Below, in pieces: positions 7,533 to 15,592 of a stretch of DNA of 27,545 bases. Under the pieces are notes generated by a model. That model searched no databases, was not told where the DNA came from, and worked only from the letters and a program-made list of their open reading frames with translations. The first letter of the stretch is position 1. Each line of letters begins with the position of its first letter. Both the position numbers and the translations under genes were made by a program. Origin of the DNA: a virus (Duplodnaviria > Caudoviricetes); IMG/VR virus record IMGVR_UViG_3300005611_000165, positions 1-27,545 of that record. One strand, 5' to 3'.

Positions 7533-9101
7533 ATGCTTACCGTTGAACAGGTTATGAAGCGCCATGAACTGGCACAGAGACGCAAAGATAACTGGCGCCA
7601 GATTTATGAAGACTGCTACGAGTTTGCGCTACCTCAGCGCAACCTGTACGACGGCTACTATGAGGGCGGCGGTTCTCCCGGCCAGAACAAGATGGTTCGC
7701 GTCTTTGATTCAACCGCCATCAACGCCACACAACGATTTGCTAACCGGATTCAGTCTGGCTTGTTTCCGCCGCATGGTCGGTTCTGCCGACTAGAGCCGG
7801 GCGAGGACATCCCGATGGAGCGCCGTCAAGAGGCGCAGGCTGCATTGGATGTGTATTCAGACAAGATGTTTGCCGTGCTGCGCCAAAGCAACTTTGACCT
7901 CGCAATGGGCGAGTTCCTGCTAGACCTGGCGGTTGGCACGGCAGTCATGCTTGTGCAGCCTGGAGATGATATCACTCCGATCCGCTTTACACCTGTGCCG
8001 CAATATCTGGTTGCTATCGAAGAAGGCGCCCACGGCAAAGTTGATAACGTCTATCGCAAGATGCGGATGAAGGGCGAGGCTATCAAGCAGCACTGGGTAG
8101 ACGCTGAAATCCCGACACGCCTTGCGACCATGATTGAGCAGAAGCCAACAGAAGAAATTGAATTAATTGAGGCTACTGTACTCAACCCGGATCGCGGTGA
8201 CTTCCAATATTACGTGATCTGGCCTGAGGGCAAGGCGCAGCTTCTAACTCGCACCATGAAGTCTAGCCCATGGATTGTGGCGCGATATATGAAGGTGGCT
8301 GGCGAAGTATATGGGCGCGGTCCTTTGGTGACGGCAATTCCAGACATCAAGACGTTAAACAAAACGCTGGAACTTCTTCTCAAGAACGCATCGCTTTCCA
8401 TCGCTGGTGTTTATACTGCTGCGGATGACGGCGTTCTCAACCCGCAAACCATACGCATCGTGCCGGGTGCAATTATTCCTGTGGCGCGTAACGGTGGCCC
8501 ACAGGGCGAAAGCCTGCGGATGCTGCCTCGTTCTGGAGACTTTAACGTAAGTCAGATTGTCATCAACGATCTTCGCATGAACATTAAGAAGATTATGCTG
8601 GACGACACGCTTCCGCCCGACAACATGTCTGCACGTTCTGCGACTGAGGTGGCTGAACGCATGAAAGAATTGGCACAAAACCTTGGTGCCGCGTTTGGTC
8701 GTTTGATTACCGAAACTATGTACCCACTAATCTCGCGTGTGTTAAGCGTTATGGATGAGCGTGGCATGATTGAATTGCCGCTCAAGGTCAACGGCCTTGA
8801 AGTCCGCGTCACACCAGTTTCTCCGATTGCTCAAGCGCAGAACATGGGAGATGTGGAGAAGGTTACACAGTGGGCGCAGATAGCTGCATCGCTTGGCCCA
8901 GAGGGTCAGATGGCAGTGAAGACGGGCGCCATTGCAGACTTTATCGCTGATAAGTTAGGCGTTCCTGCCAGTCTTCGCACAACGCCTCAGGAGCGAGAGC
9001 AAATGATGCAGCAAGCCATGGAAATGGCACAAGCGCAGGCGCAAATGCAGCAACAACAAGCCGCTCCAGCAGAAGGCGCGGCTCCACCGGGCATGGCATA
9101 A
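7533..9101 (+). CDS. Portal protein (podovirus head-tail connector)
   Basis: 522 aa. Motifs FDSTA..A...FA.RIQSGLFP, GEVYGRGP....PDIK.LN and SATEV.ER..E....LG...GRL..E..PLI.R. Confidence 0.92.
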   Translation: MLTVEQVMKRHELAQRRKDNWRQIYEDCYEFALPQRNLYDGYYEGGGSPGQNKMVRVFDSTAINATQRFANRIQSGLFPPHGRFCRLEPGEDIPMERRQEAQAALDVYSDKMFAVLRQSNFDLAMGEFLLDLAVGTAVMLVQPGDDITPIRFTPVPQYLVAIEEGAHGKVDNVYRKMRMKGEAIKQHWVDAEIPTRLATMIEQKPTEEIELIEATVLNPDRGDFQYYVIWPEGKAQLLTRTMKSSPWIVARYMKVAGEVYGRGPLVTAIPDIKTLNKTLELLLKNASLSIAGVYTAADDGVLNPQTIRIVPGAIIPVARNGGPQGESLRMLPRSGDFNVSQIVINDLRMNIKKIMLDDTLPPDNMSARSATEVAERMKELAQNLGAAFGRLITETMYPLISRVLSVMDERGMIELPLKVNGLEVRVTPVSPIAQAQNMGDVEKVTQWAQIAASLGPEGQMAVKTGAIADFIADKLGVPASLRTTPQEREQMMQQAMEMAQAQAQMQQQQAAPAEGAAPPGMA

Positions 9102-9111
9102 GGAGCATTAA

Positions 9112-9384
9112 GTGGCAGAAGTAGAAGGTTGGGATGGGCTACGGCACGCGATGCCGCAGTCTCTTGAGGATGCACGGCAAGAACCAAGCGACACCGATCT
9201 CTTGTACTTGCGTGTATTCGGCAGTGACGAGGGGCAGAAGGTTTTAGAGCATCTACGCTCACTGACGATTGAGCAGCCAACGTGGTATCCCGGTGAGGAT
9301 GCTGCACATGGCTTTGCTCGTGAAGGGCAAAATTCATTAGTTCGAGAAATCGAGCGCAGACTTATGAAAGCGAGACAGGCATGA
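9112..9384 (+). CDS. Bbp19-like small protein between portal and scaffold
   Basis: Y..VF.SDEGQKVL..L....F.REGQ.S.V..I pattern. SD AAGGAG before GTG. Confidence 0.65.
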   Translation: MAEVEGWDGLRHAMPQSLEDARQEPSDTDLLYLRVFGSDEGQKVLEHLRSLTIEQPTWYPGEDAAHGFAREGQNSLVREIERRLMKARQA

Positions 9385-10187
9385 GCGAAGAAGAACAGCA
9401 AGGCGGTCTTTTAGATTCCGCAGAAATGGCCAACGAAGAATCGGCTCCAGAGGAGCAGTCTATTTCCCACCTTGAAGATGGTGACCCACGGTCAGTTGAA
9501 TCGGTTACGGTCGCAGAAGACCAAGACGAGACTGAGTTTGAGCGCCCCGATTGGTATCCAGAAAAGTTCTGGAAAGAAGATGACGGCCCAGACCTTGAGA
9601 ACTTGGTAAAAGCGTACACAGAACTTCAAAGTAAATTTTCTCGTGGTGAGCACAAAACACCAGAAAAATACGACACAAAAATCTTTGAAGAAGCCAACAT
9701 CCCTGAAGATGATGAACTATTTAACACCTACAAGGATTGGGCCAAGGAGAACGGCGTTAGCCAGGCTGCGTTCAATGAGTTGGCAGGCAAGTTTATTGAG
9801 TTAGCTGGGAATGAAGCACAGCAAGCCGAAGCCTCTTACAAAGAGGAATATCAGAAGCTGGGTCCAAATGCTGATGCTACCATTAAGTCTATGACCGAAT
9901 GGGCGCAAGGTTTAGTTCGCAAGGGCGTTTGGAGCGATAGCGACTTTGAGGAGTTCAAGATTATGGGCGGCACCGCGCAAGGCATCCGCGCTTTGCAGAA
10001 GGTGCGATCATACTATGGCGACCAAGCCGTCCCAGTTAATGTTGGCCCAGTTGAAGGCATGCCAAGCAAAGAAGAACTCAATGCTATGGTTGGCAAACCT
10101 GAGTATGTGTCAGACCCAGCCTATCGAGCCAAGGTTGAAAAAATGTTTTCTCAAGTATACGGAGAGCAGGAATACTCTCCAATCTGA
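9381..10187 (+). CDS. Capsid assembly (scaffolding) protein
   Basis: Very acidic. RPDW.PEKFW...L.KAY.ELQ.K motif and C-terminal Y..DPAYRAKV. Lies between portal and capsid. Confidence 0.8.
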   Translation: MSEEEQQGGLLDSAEMANEESAPEEQSISHLEDGDPRSVESVTVAEDQDETEFERPDWYPEKFWKEDDGPDLENLVKAYTELQSKFSRGEHKTPEKYDTKIFEEANIPEDDELFNTYKDWAKENGVSQAAFNELAGKFIELAGNEAQQAEASYKEEYQKLGPNADATIKSMTEWAQGLVRKGVWSDSDFEEFKIMGGTAQGIRALQKVRSYYGDQAVPVNVGPVEGMPSKEELNAMVGKPEYVSDPAYRAKVEKMFSQVYGEQEYSPI

Positions 10188-10195
10188 CGCAGAAC

Positions 10196-10224
10196 CCCCG
10201 GCCATAGAGCCGGGGTTTTTGTTT
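10196..10224 (+). terminator. Intrinsic terminator after the scaffold gene
   Basis: CCCCGGC-CATAGA-GCCGGGG followed by TTTTTGTTT. Confidence 0.85.
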
Positions 10225-10233
10225 GTGCATATT

Positions 10234-10278
10234 TGCAACTGTTGCATCTTTACAACTAATAGAGTTTTGTAATATAGT
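10234..10278 (+). promoter_or_regulatory. Sigma70-like capsid promoter with upstream palindrome
   Basis: TTTACA (10249-10254), 18 nt, TATAGT (10273-10278). Palindrome TGCAAC-T-GTTGCA at 10234-10246. Confidence 0.55.
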
Positions 10279-10284
10279 TGCGTC

Positions 10285-10374
10285 AATGGATACCCGGCAA
10301 CGGCCCATTAGAACCGCCTTGGCATGGGGCGCAAAATCATGCAAGCCGCAGCCCGTATGGATACCTGTTAGGCG
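10285..10374 (+). ncRNA. Structured 5' leader of the major capsid gene (candidate cis-regulatory RNA)
   Basis: A hairpin capped by a GCAA tetraloop plus a three-way junction; both contain a GG-AUAC-C / G-C-CC internal loop. Confidence 0.6.
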
Positions 10375-10412
10375 ATTAACCCGTAGTAACTTTTTTATGA
10401 AGGAGATCAGAA

Positions 10413-11246
10413 ATGGCTATTGGCATTTCAAACGCCTTCGTTCAGTTGTTCGATGCGGAAGTCAAACAGGCTTACCAGGGCGCACGCGCGCTTGCCGGTG
10501 TGACCCGTGAACGCATGAACGTCGAAGGCAACCAAGTTAAGTTTCCGAAGATTGGCAAAGGCGTTGCTACCGTTCGCGTTCCGCAAACGGACGTGACCCC
10601 TCTGAACGTCACCTACTCGCAAGTCACGGCTTCGATGTCCGATTACATCGCAGCAGAATACAGCGACATTTTCCATCAGGCTAAAGTCAACTTCGACGAG
10701 CGCCGTGAACTGGTTAAGGTTGTTGGTGACTCGATTGGCCGTCGTATGGACCAGTTGGTTCTTGACGCCCTTGCAGCCGCTTCTTCGCCAAGCACTGTTG
10801 GCACCGACATTGGCGGCACTGGCACGAACTTGAACCTTGCAAAGCTGCTCGCAGCTAAGAAGGCTCTGGACACAAACAACGTGCCGTCTGAAGGCCGCTG
10901 CATGGTTATTCATGCCAACGGCTTGTCTTCGCTTCTCGATGAGCAGGAATTAACCAGCAGCGATTTCGCTTCGGTCAAGGCTCTCGTCCAAGGCGAGATT
11001 GACACGTTCCTCGGCTTCAAGTTCATCACCCTTGGTGATCGTGACGAAGGCGGTCTGCCGCTTCCTTCGACGCGCACCAGCTACGCCTTCCACCGCGACG
11101 CGGTTGGCCTGGGCGTTTCGATGGCCCAGAAGACTGAGATCAACTATGTGCCTGAGAAGACCTCGTTCCTCGTCTCCTCGATGTTCTCGGCTGGTGCCGT
11201 TTCCATCGACGACGAAGGCATCGTTGTCATCTCCAGCACTGAATAA
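10413..11246 (+). CDS. Major capsid protein
   Basis: FVQLFDAEVKQAYQ...KFPKIG...GR..DQL.LDAL...L..G.IDTFLGFKFI...EI.Y.PEK.S pattern. Strong SD AAGGAG and highly biased codon usage. Confidence 0.9.
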   Translation: MAIGISNAFVQLFDAEVKQAYQGARALAGVTRERMNVEGNQVKFPKIGKGVATVRVPQTDVTPLNVTYSQVTASMSDYIAAEYSDIFHQAKVNFDERRELVKVVGDSIGRRMDQLVLDALAAASSPSTVGTDIGGTGTNLNLAKLLAAKKALDTNNVPSEGRCMVIHANGLSSLLDEQELTSSDFASVKALVQGEIDTFLGFKFITLGDRDEGGLPLPSTRTSYAFHRDAVGLGVSMAQKTEINYVPEKTSFLVSSMFSAGAVSIDDEGIVVISSTE

Positions 11247-11257
11247 GGAGACATATC

Positions 11258-11542
11258 ATGGCTTTCGCTATTGCTGGCTTCGGCCCAATCGGTGGGCAGT
11301 CTGCTGCTGGTAATCTCCCGGCTCAGTATGTTTACACCACCACCGAGGCGTATACCGATGTTGACGCCGCTGGTTACTTTAATGACGTTTCTGGCACCCT
11401 TAAGGTCGGCGACATCATTCAAGTCCACGGCTCAACTGGTGGGACGCGCACGGTTACGAACCATGTTGTTGTGTCGAACGCCGCTGGCGTTGTTGACGTT
11501 TCCAACGGTACGGTTGTAGCTGTCGTTACCGACAGCGACTAA
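11258..11542 (+). CDS. Putative capsid decoration/cement protein
   Basis: 94 aa, beta-rich, VD.AGYFN....LKVGDII. Follows the capsid gene with SD AAGGAG and precedes their shared terminator. Confidence 0.65.
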   Translation: MAFAIAGFGPIGGQSAAGNLPAQYVYTTTEAYTDVDAAGYFNDVSGTLKVGDIIQVHGSTGGTRTVTNHVVVSNAAGVVDVSNGTVVAVVTDSD

Positions 11543-11548
11543 TAGGAT

Positions 11549-11578
11549 TGGGGTGGGTTTCGGCCCACCCCATTTCTT
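11549..11578 (+). terminator. Intrinsic terminator after the capsid operon
   Basis: TGGGGTGGGT-TTCG-GCCCACCCCA followed by TTTCTT. Confidence 0.85.
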
Positions 11579-12202
11579 ATGCAGTATGATGTAAAGCACA
11601 GCGGCACTGCTATTCTTTGTGGCTCTGCAACTTGTCTTATGGAAGACCTTGAGGGCGCACTTTCTTTGCGCCCTAATGCTGTTGTATTGGGGGTTAATTA
11701 TGTGCCGGGCGTTGTGCCACAAGTGGAGCATGCTTGGACGCAGCACAATGAATTTGCAATATCCTTAAAAGAAAGGGTGGGGCGCAAAATCTTTTTGCAT
11801 TCTCGTAGCAAGAACTTTGGTGCCGGAGCAGCGGGTGCGACAACTAAAGGCATTGATTATGTTTGGCCTGACTTAGATTGGGTAAGAGGGTCAAGCGGCG
11901 GTGCTGGAGGATTATGGGCAAAGCATGGTTTAGGATTTGATGAGGTGATCTATGCAGGCGTGCCATTGTCCGAAGACATGCCCGGCATACTAGAAGCATA
12001 CTTAGATCAAGAACCTAGTATGCGAGCAGCTTATAAGAGGCGTCGCCCAGAAGCGGCTGTGCCGTCCTATACCGTACATAACATCCGTGGCTGGCAAGGG
12101 GTTTTGCTGTCATTTAAAGAGCAAGGCAAAATGCAGGGCATCTATTCCATGTCGGGCTTTACGCGCGGAATTTTAGGTGCACCGCCGTTAAAATTAGACT
12201 AA
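11579..12202 (+). CDS. Hypothetical enzyme, DUF115/Maf/GT42-like Rossmann-type fold
   Basis: AILCGSA..L..D....VLGVN and GSSG..G...A..LGFDEVIYAGV resemble the motif order in that superfamily. No SD visible. Confidence 0.4.
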   Translation: MQYDVKHSGTAILCGSATCLMEDLEGALSLRPNAVVLGVNYVPGVVPQVEHAWTQHNEFAISLKERVGRKIFLHSRSKNFGAGAAGATTKGIDYVWPDLDWVRGSSGGAGGLWAKHGLGFDEVIYAGVPLSEDMPGILEAYLDQEPSMRAAYKRRRPEAAVPSYTVHNIRGWQGVLLSFKEQGKMQGIYSMSGFTRGILGAPPLKLD

Positions 12203-12229
12203 TATAGCGCGAAACGCGAGGAACCGAAT

Positions 12230-12844
12230 ATGTCTGCTGGTGATACAAAATTATCTATTTGTTCCGATGCGCTCATCATGTTGGGCGCTTCTCCTTTATC
12301 CAGCTTTAGTGATGGCAGTGACGAAGCGCAAGTTGCAGATCGTCTATATGACGATATTCGCGACACGTTGCTTATGTCCTATCCATATAGCTGGTCACTA
12401 AAGAAAGTCAGCTTGGGGCGATTGGCAGACGCGCCAGTAAATGAATGGCGTTATAAGTTTGCTTTGCCGGGCGACATCTTAGGCAATCCAAAAGCCGTTT
12501 TCTACTCAAGCGCAGTGGGCGCGATTACAGCGCGTGACTTTGAGTTGTTTAGCGGCGGTCTATATTCCAACTATGAGCAAATTTGGATTGATTACCAGTT
12601 CCGCCCAGAGCCTGCCGCATTTCCGCCATACTTTGTTAATCTGCTAAAGCATGCTCTTGCATCTGCGTTTGCCGAGCCTGTGACAGACCAGATTACCAAG
12701 GGCAACTATTATCACAGCTTAGCTTATGGATCGCCAAGCGAAAACATGCGTGGCGGCTTAATGCGTGTTGCTATGGGGATTGATGGGCGCGACCGACCAT
12801 CCCAAAGCATTCAAGACTTCCCGCTGACGGATTTGCGTGGATGA
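12230..12844 (+). CDS. Tail tubular protein A (adaptor, T7 gp11-like)
   Basis: ICSDALIMLGA.P..SF...SDEA.....Y...RD.LL..YPYSW and F...L...LA...A.P.T patterns. Confidence 0.85.
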   Translation: MSAGDTKLSICSDALIMLGASPLSSFSDGSDEAQVADRLYDDIRDTLLMSYPYSWSLKKVSLGRLADAPVNEWRYKFALPGDILGNPKAVFYSSAVGAITARDFELFSGGLYSNYEQIWIDYQFRPEPAAFPPYFVNLLKHALASAFAEPVTDQITKGNYYHSLAYGSPSENMRGGLMRVAMGIDGRDRPSQSIQDFPLTDLRG

Positions 12845-15048
12845 GCCGCATCATTCAAATCCAGAATGATTTTACTTCTGGCGAGATGGATCCAAAGCTG
12901 CGCGCGAGAACTGATCTCAAGCAGTATAAAAGTGGTCTGTCTCAAGCTAGAAACGTGTCTATCCAGCCGCAGGGCGGTGCAACTCGTCGCGATGGCACAC
13001 TATTCCTACATCAATTAGATGCTGGTGCCGCTGACGCTGTGCGTATGGTGCACTTTGAGTTTAGCGTTTCCGACAGCTACATGCTGGTATTTACGCCGGG
13101 CCGTATGTATGTGTTTAAAAACCGCGCATTGATTACGGACATCAACGGCAGCGGTAATGATTATCTAACCATTGCTTCCCTGACTTCTGCTATTTTGCCA
13201 GAGATGAACTGGGTGCAGAGCGCCGACACGTTAATCGTTGTGCATGAGGACTTGCCGCCAACCAAGATTGTGCGAGGCGCCACAGACGCAACATGGACGG
13301 CATCTCAAATTGAATTTGATTTTGTTCCTTTGTATGCGTTTGACATCGACACGCACGAGCCGACGTATGACATTACGCCAAGCGCTACATCTGGCAACAT
13401 AACCATTACGGCATCTGGCGCCACAACTGATACCGGGACAGCGCAGGCTGGTAGCATTAGTACGATTACGCTGAAGGCGGCGACTAGTTTTACGTCTGAC
13501 GACGAGCCTAACGGTATGTTTATCAACATTACGTCTGGCACGGGCGCTGGACAAACCAGACACATTGAAGATTACGTTGCCTCAACAAAAGTTTTAACAG
13601 TGTATCCTGATTGGGATACTGCGCCCGATGCCACGTCTAGTTATCGCATCCATCCATTCGAAGATGCTGCTGTTGGGGAATATATCAACGTGCTGTCTGG
13701 ATTTGGACGTGCACGTATTGTTGAATATGTAAGCCACACTGAGGTTAAGGCATACGTAGAAATCCCATTCTTTGATACTAGCACTATTGCATCTGGAGAG
13801 TTTGAAACTGAGCATGGCTATGAGGAGTCATGGTCTGCTACTCGCGGATACCCGCGCAGCGTTACATTCCACGAGGGTCGCTTGTACTTTGGCGGTGCAA
13901 AGAATAGGCCGTCAACTATTTGGGGCTCTCGTGTTTCAGATTATTTCAACTTTGACCCCGGCGAATCTTTAGATGACGCAGCCGTTGAGGCTACACTAGA
14001 CACTGGCACATTCAACGCTATCGTTGACGTGTACGCTGGTCGCCACTTGCAGGTGTTTACTACTGGCGGCGAGTTCTACGTGCCGCAGTCGTTGGATGAG
14101 CCAATCACGCCCAGTAACCTAATTGTTAAGCAGCAGACTGCGTTTGGCATGAAACCTGGTATCCGCGTCCAGAACGTGGACGGCGCTTCACTATACATTC
14201 AGCGCCAAGGTAAGGCTCTGCAAGAGTTTGTCTTTTCTGATACAGTGCAGGCATACACGTCAGCCAAGATAAGTCTCTTGTCTTCTCATCTTTTAAAAAC
14301 GCCAGAAGAAATGGCAGTGCGGGTCGCCACGTCTACGGACGAGGGAGACCGATTGATGATGGTCAACGGCGAAGATGGATCAATCGCATGTTACACATTG
14401 TTACGGTCGCAAGGCGTGATTGCGCCTACAGAATGGACGACTGACGGTGAGTTTATCAATATTGGCGTAGATGTTGACGACATCTATGTGGCGGTAAAAC
14501 GAACAGTTAACGGTGCCACAGTCTATTATGTGGAAGTGCTGGACGAAGACACGCTGCTAGATTGCGCTAAGACGGGCGGTGCGGCATCATCTGTAACGAT
14601 GGACCACCTTGAGGCCGCAACAGTCAAGATCGTGCGTGATGGCGTCGTAGAGGCAGATCAGACGGTGCCAGCCTCGCCGTACACGATTACTTTTAACAGT
14701 CCAGCAACGTCCAGCTATCAGGTTGGTTTGAACTTTACGCCATCAGTTGTGACGTTGCCGGTGGAGCCTAGCTTGCCCAGCGGCTCGCTAAAAGGTTTTA
14801 AGAAGCGCATCTTTGAGGTTAACGCTGAGTTGTTCCAGACGCAGGCTTTAACAATTAACGGGAAAGAAGTACCATTCAGGAACTTTGGCCCTAGCGTTTT
14901 GGACGATGATGTTGGTGAATACACTGGCATCAAAACACTACACAGCATCTTGGGTTACAGTTATGATGGGCAAATCACCGTGGGGCAGACGGTGCCGCTC
15001 AAGATGACGCTGTTGGGCATTGATTATAAGGTTAGCATAGGACAGTAA
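12841..15048 (+). CDS. Tail tubular protein B (nozzle, T7 gp12-like)
   Basis: Q.DFTSGE.DP.L.AR.DL..Y...QGGA.RR.GT, QSAD.L..VH, GYP.SVTFHEGRL.FGG...IWGS...DYFNF. ATGA overlap with tube A. Confidence 0.88.
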   Translation: MSRIIQIQNDFTSGEMDPKLRARTDLKQYKSGLSQARNVSIQPQGGATRRDGTLFLHQLDAGAADAVRMVHFEFSVSDSYMLVFTPGRMYVFKNRALITDINGSGNDYLTIASLTSAILPEMNWVQSADTLIVVHEDLPPTKIVRGATDATWTASQIEFDFVPLYAFDIDTHEPTYDITPSATSGNITITASGATTDTGTAQAGSISTITLKAATSFTSDDEPNGMFINITSGTGAGQTRHIEDYVASTKVLTVYPDWDTAPDATSSYRIHPFEDAAVGEYINVLSGFGRARIVEYVSHTEVKAYVEIPFFDTSTIASGEFETEHGYEESWSATRGYPRSVTFHEGRLYFGGAKNRPSTIWGSRVSDYFNFDPGESLDDAAVEATLDTGTFNAIVDVYAGRHLQVFTTGGEFYVPQSLDEPITPSNLIVKQQTAFGMKPGIRVQNVDGASLYIQRQGKALQEFVFSDTVQAYTSAKISLLSSHLLKTPEEMAVRVATSTDEGDRLMMVNGEDGSIACYTLLRSQGVIAPTEWTTDGEFINIGVDVDDIYVAVKRTVNGATVYYVEVLDEDTLLDCAKTGGAASSVTMDHLEAATVKIVRDGVVEADQTVPASPYTITFNSPATSSYQVGLNFTPSVVTLPVEPSLPSGSLKGFKKRIFEVNAELFQTQALTINGKEVPFRNFGPSVLDDDVGEYTGIKTLHSILGYSYDGQITVGQTVPLKMTLLGIDYKVSIGQ

Positions 15049-15049
15049 C

Positions 15050-15592
15050 ATGGCTGCTGCATTACCGTTTATCGCTCTTGGGGCCTCTGGCCTAAGTGCC
15101 GTTGCAGGATTAAAATCTGGCCAGGCAACTGCTGGTGGCTTGCGTTCTCAGGCAATGCAAACGCGGATGCAGGCCAAAGGGGAAGAGTTAAAATACAAAC
15201 AGCAGGGTGTGGCTGTGCTGGATAACATTTTGCGGACGCAAGCTACTCTTAATGCTAGAGCAGGCGCCGGTAGCATTGACCCTTTCTCTGGTAGCGCTAA
15301 CGCATTGCAGCAGTACGCCTTGGCGCAGGGCGCAAAAGAAAACTACACCACGATGGACAATGCCATTATTGCCGTCCGTTCCGGTGAACTGCAAGCGCAA
15401 GAGTATGAGTCCGCAGCACGCTCTGCCATGTCTCAAGCACGCATGGGCGCAATTATGTCATTGGCTCAAGGTGCGTTTAGCTATGGCATGCTTGGCGGGC
15501 CGGGCTTTGGTGGTGGGGCTGGCTCTCTAAATCCTGCTGCCATGAACTATGGATCGCCACAAATGTATGGCGTAAAGGCGGTTCTTCCATAA
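15050..15592 (+). CDS. Internal virion/ejection protein (gp14-like)
   Basis: Hydrophobic Ala/Gly-rich N-terminus, Q.....A..GAG.ID..SGS pattern, located right after tube B. Confidence 0.65.
   Translation: MAAALPFIALGASGLSAVAGLKSGQATAGGLRSQAMQTRMQAKGEELKYKQQGVAVLDNILRTQATLNARAGAGSIDPFSGSANALQQYALAQGAKENYTTMDNAIIAVRSGELQAQEYESAARSAMSQARMGAIMSLAQGAFSYGMLGGPGFGGGAGSLNPAAMNYGSPQMYGVKAVLP

Noticed and set aside
10376-10390. CtrA-box-like TTAA...TAAC
   Set aside because: Spacing and second half-site do not fit TTAA-N7-TTAA.
10223-10510. 95-aa ORF across the capsid leader
   Set aside because: No RBS; it overlaps the promoter, the structured leader and the capsid start out of frame.
11200-11260. T7 10A/10B-style frameshift fusing capsid to the next ORF
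   Set aside because: No slippery sequence near the stop, and the downstream gene has its own strong SD.
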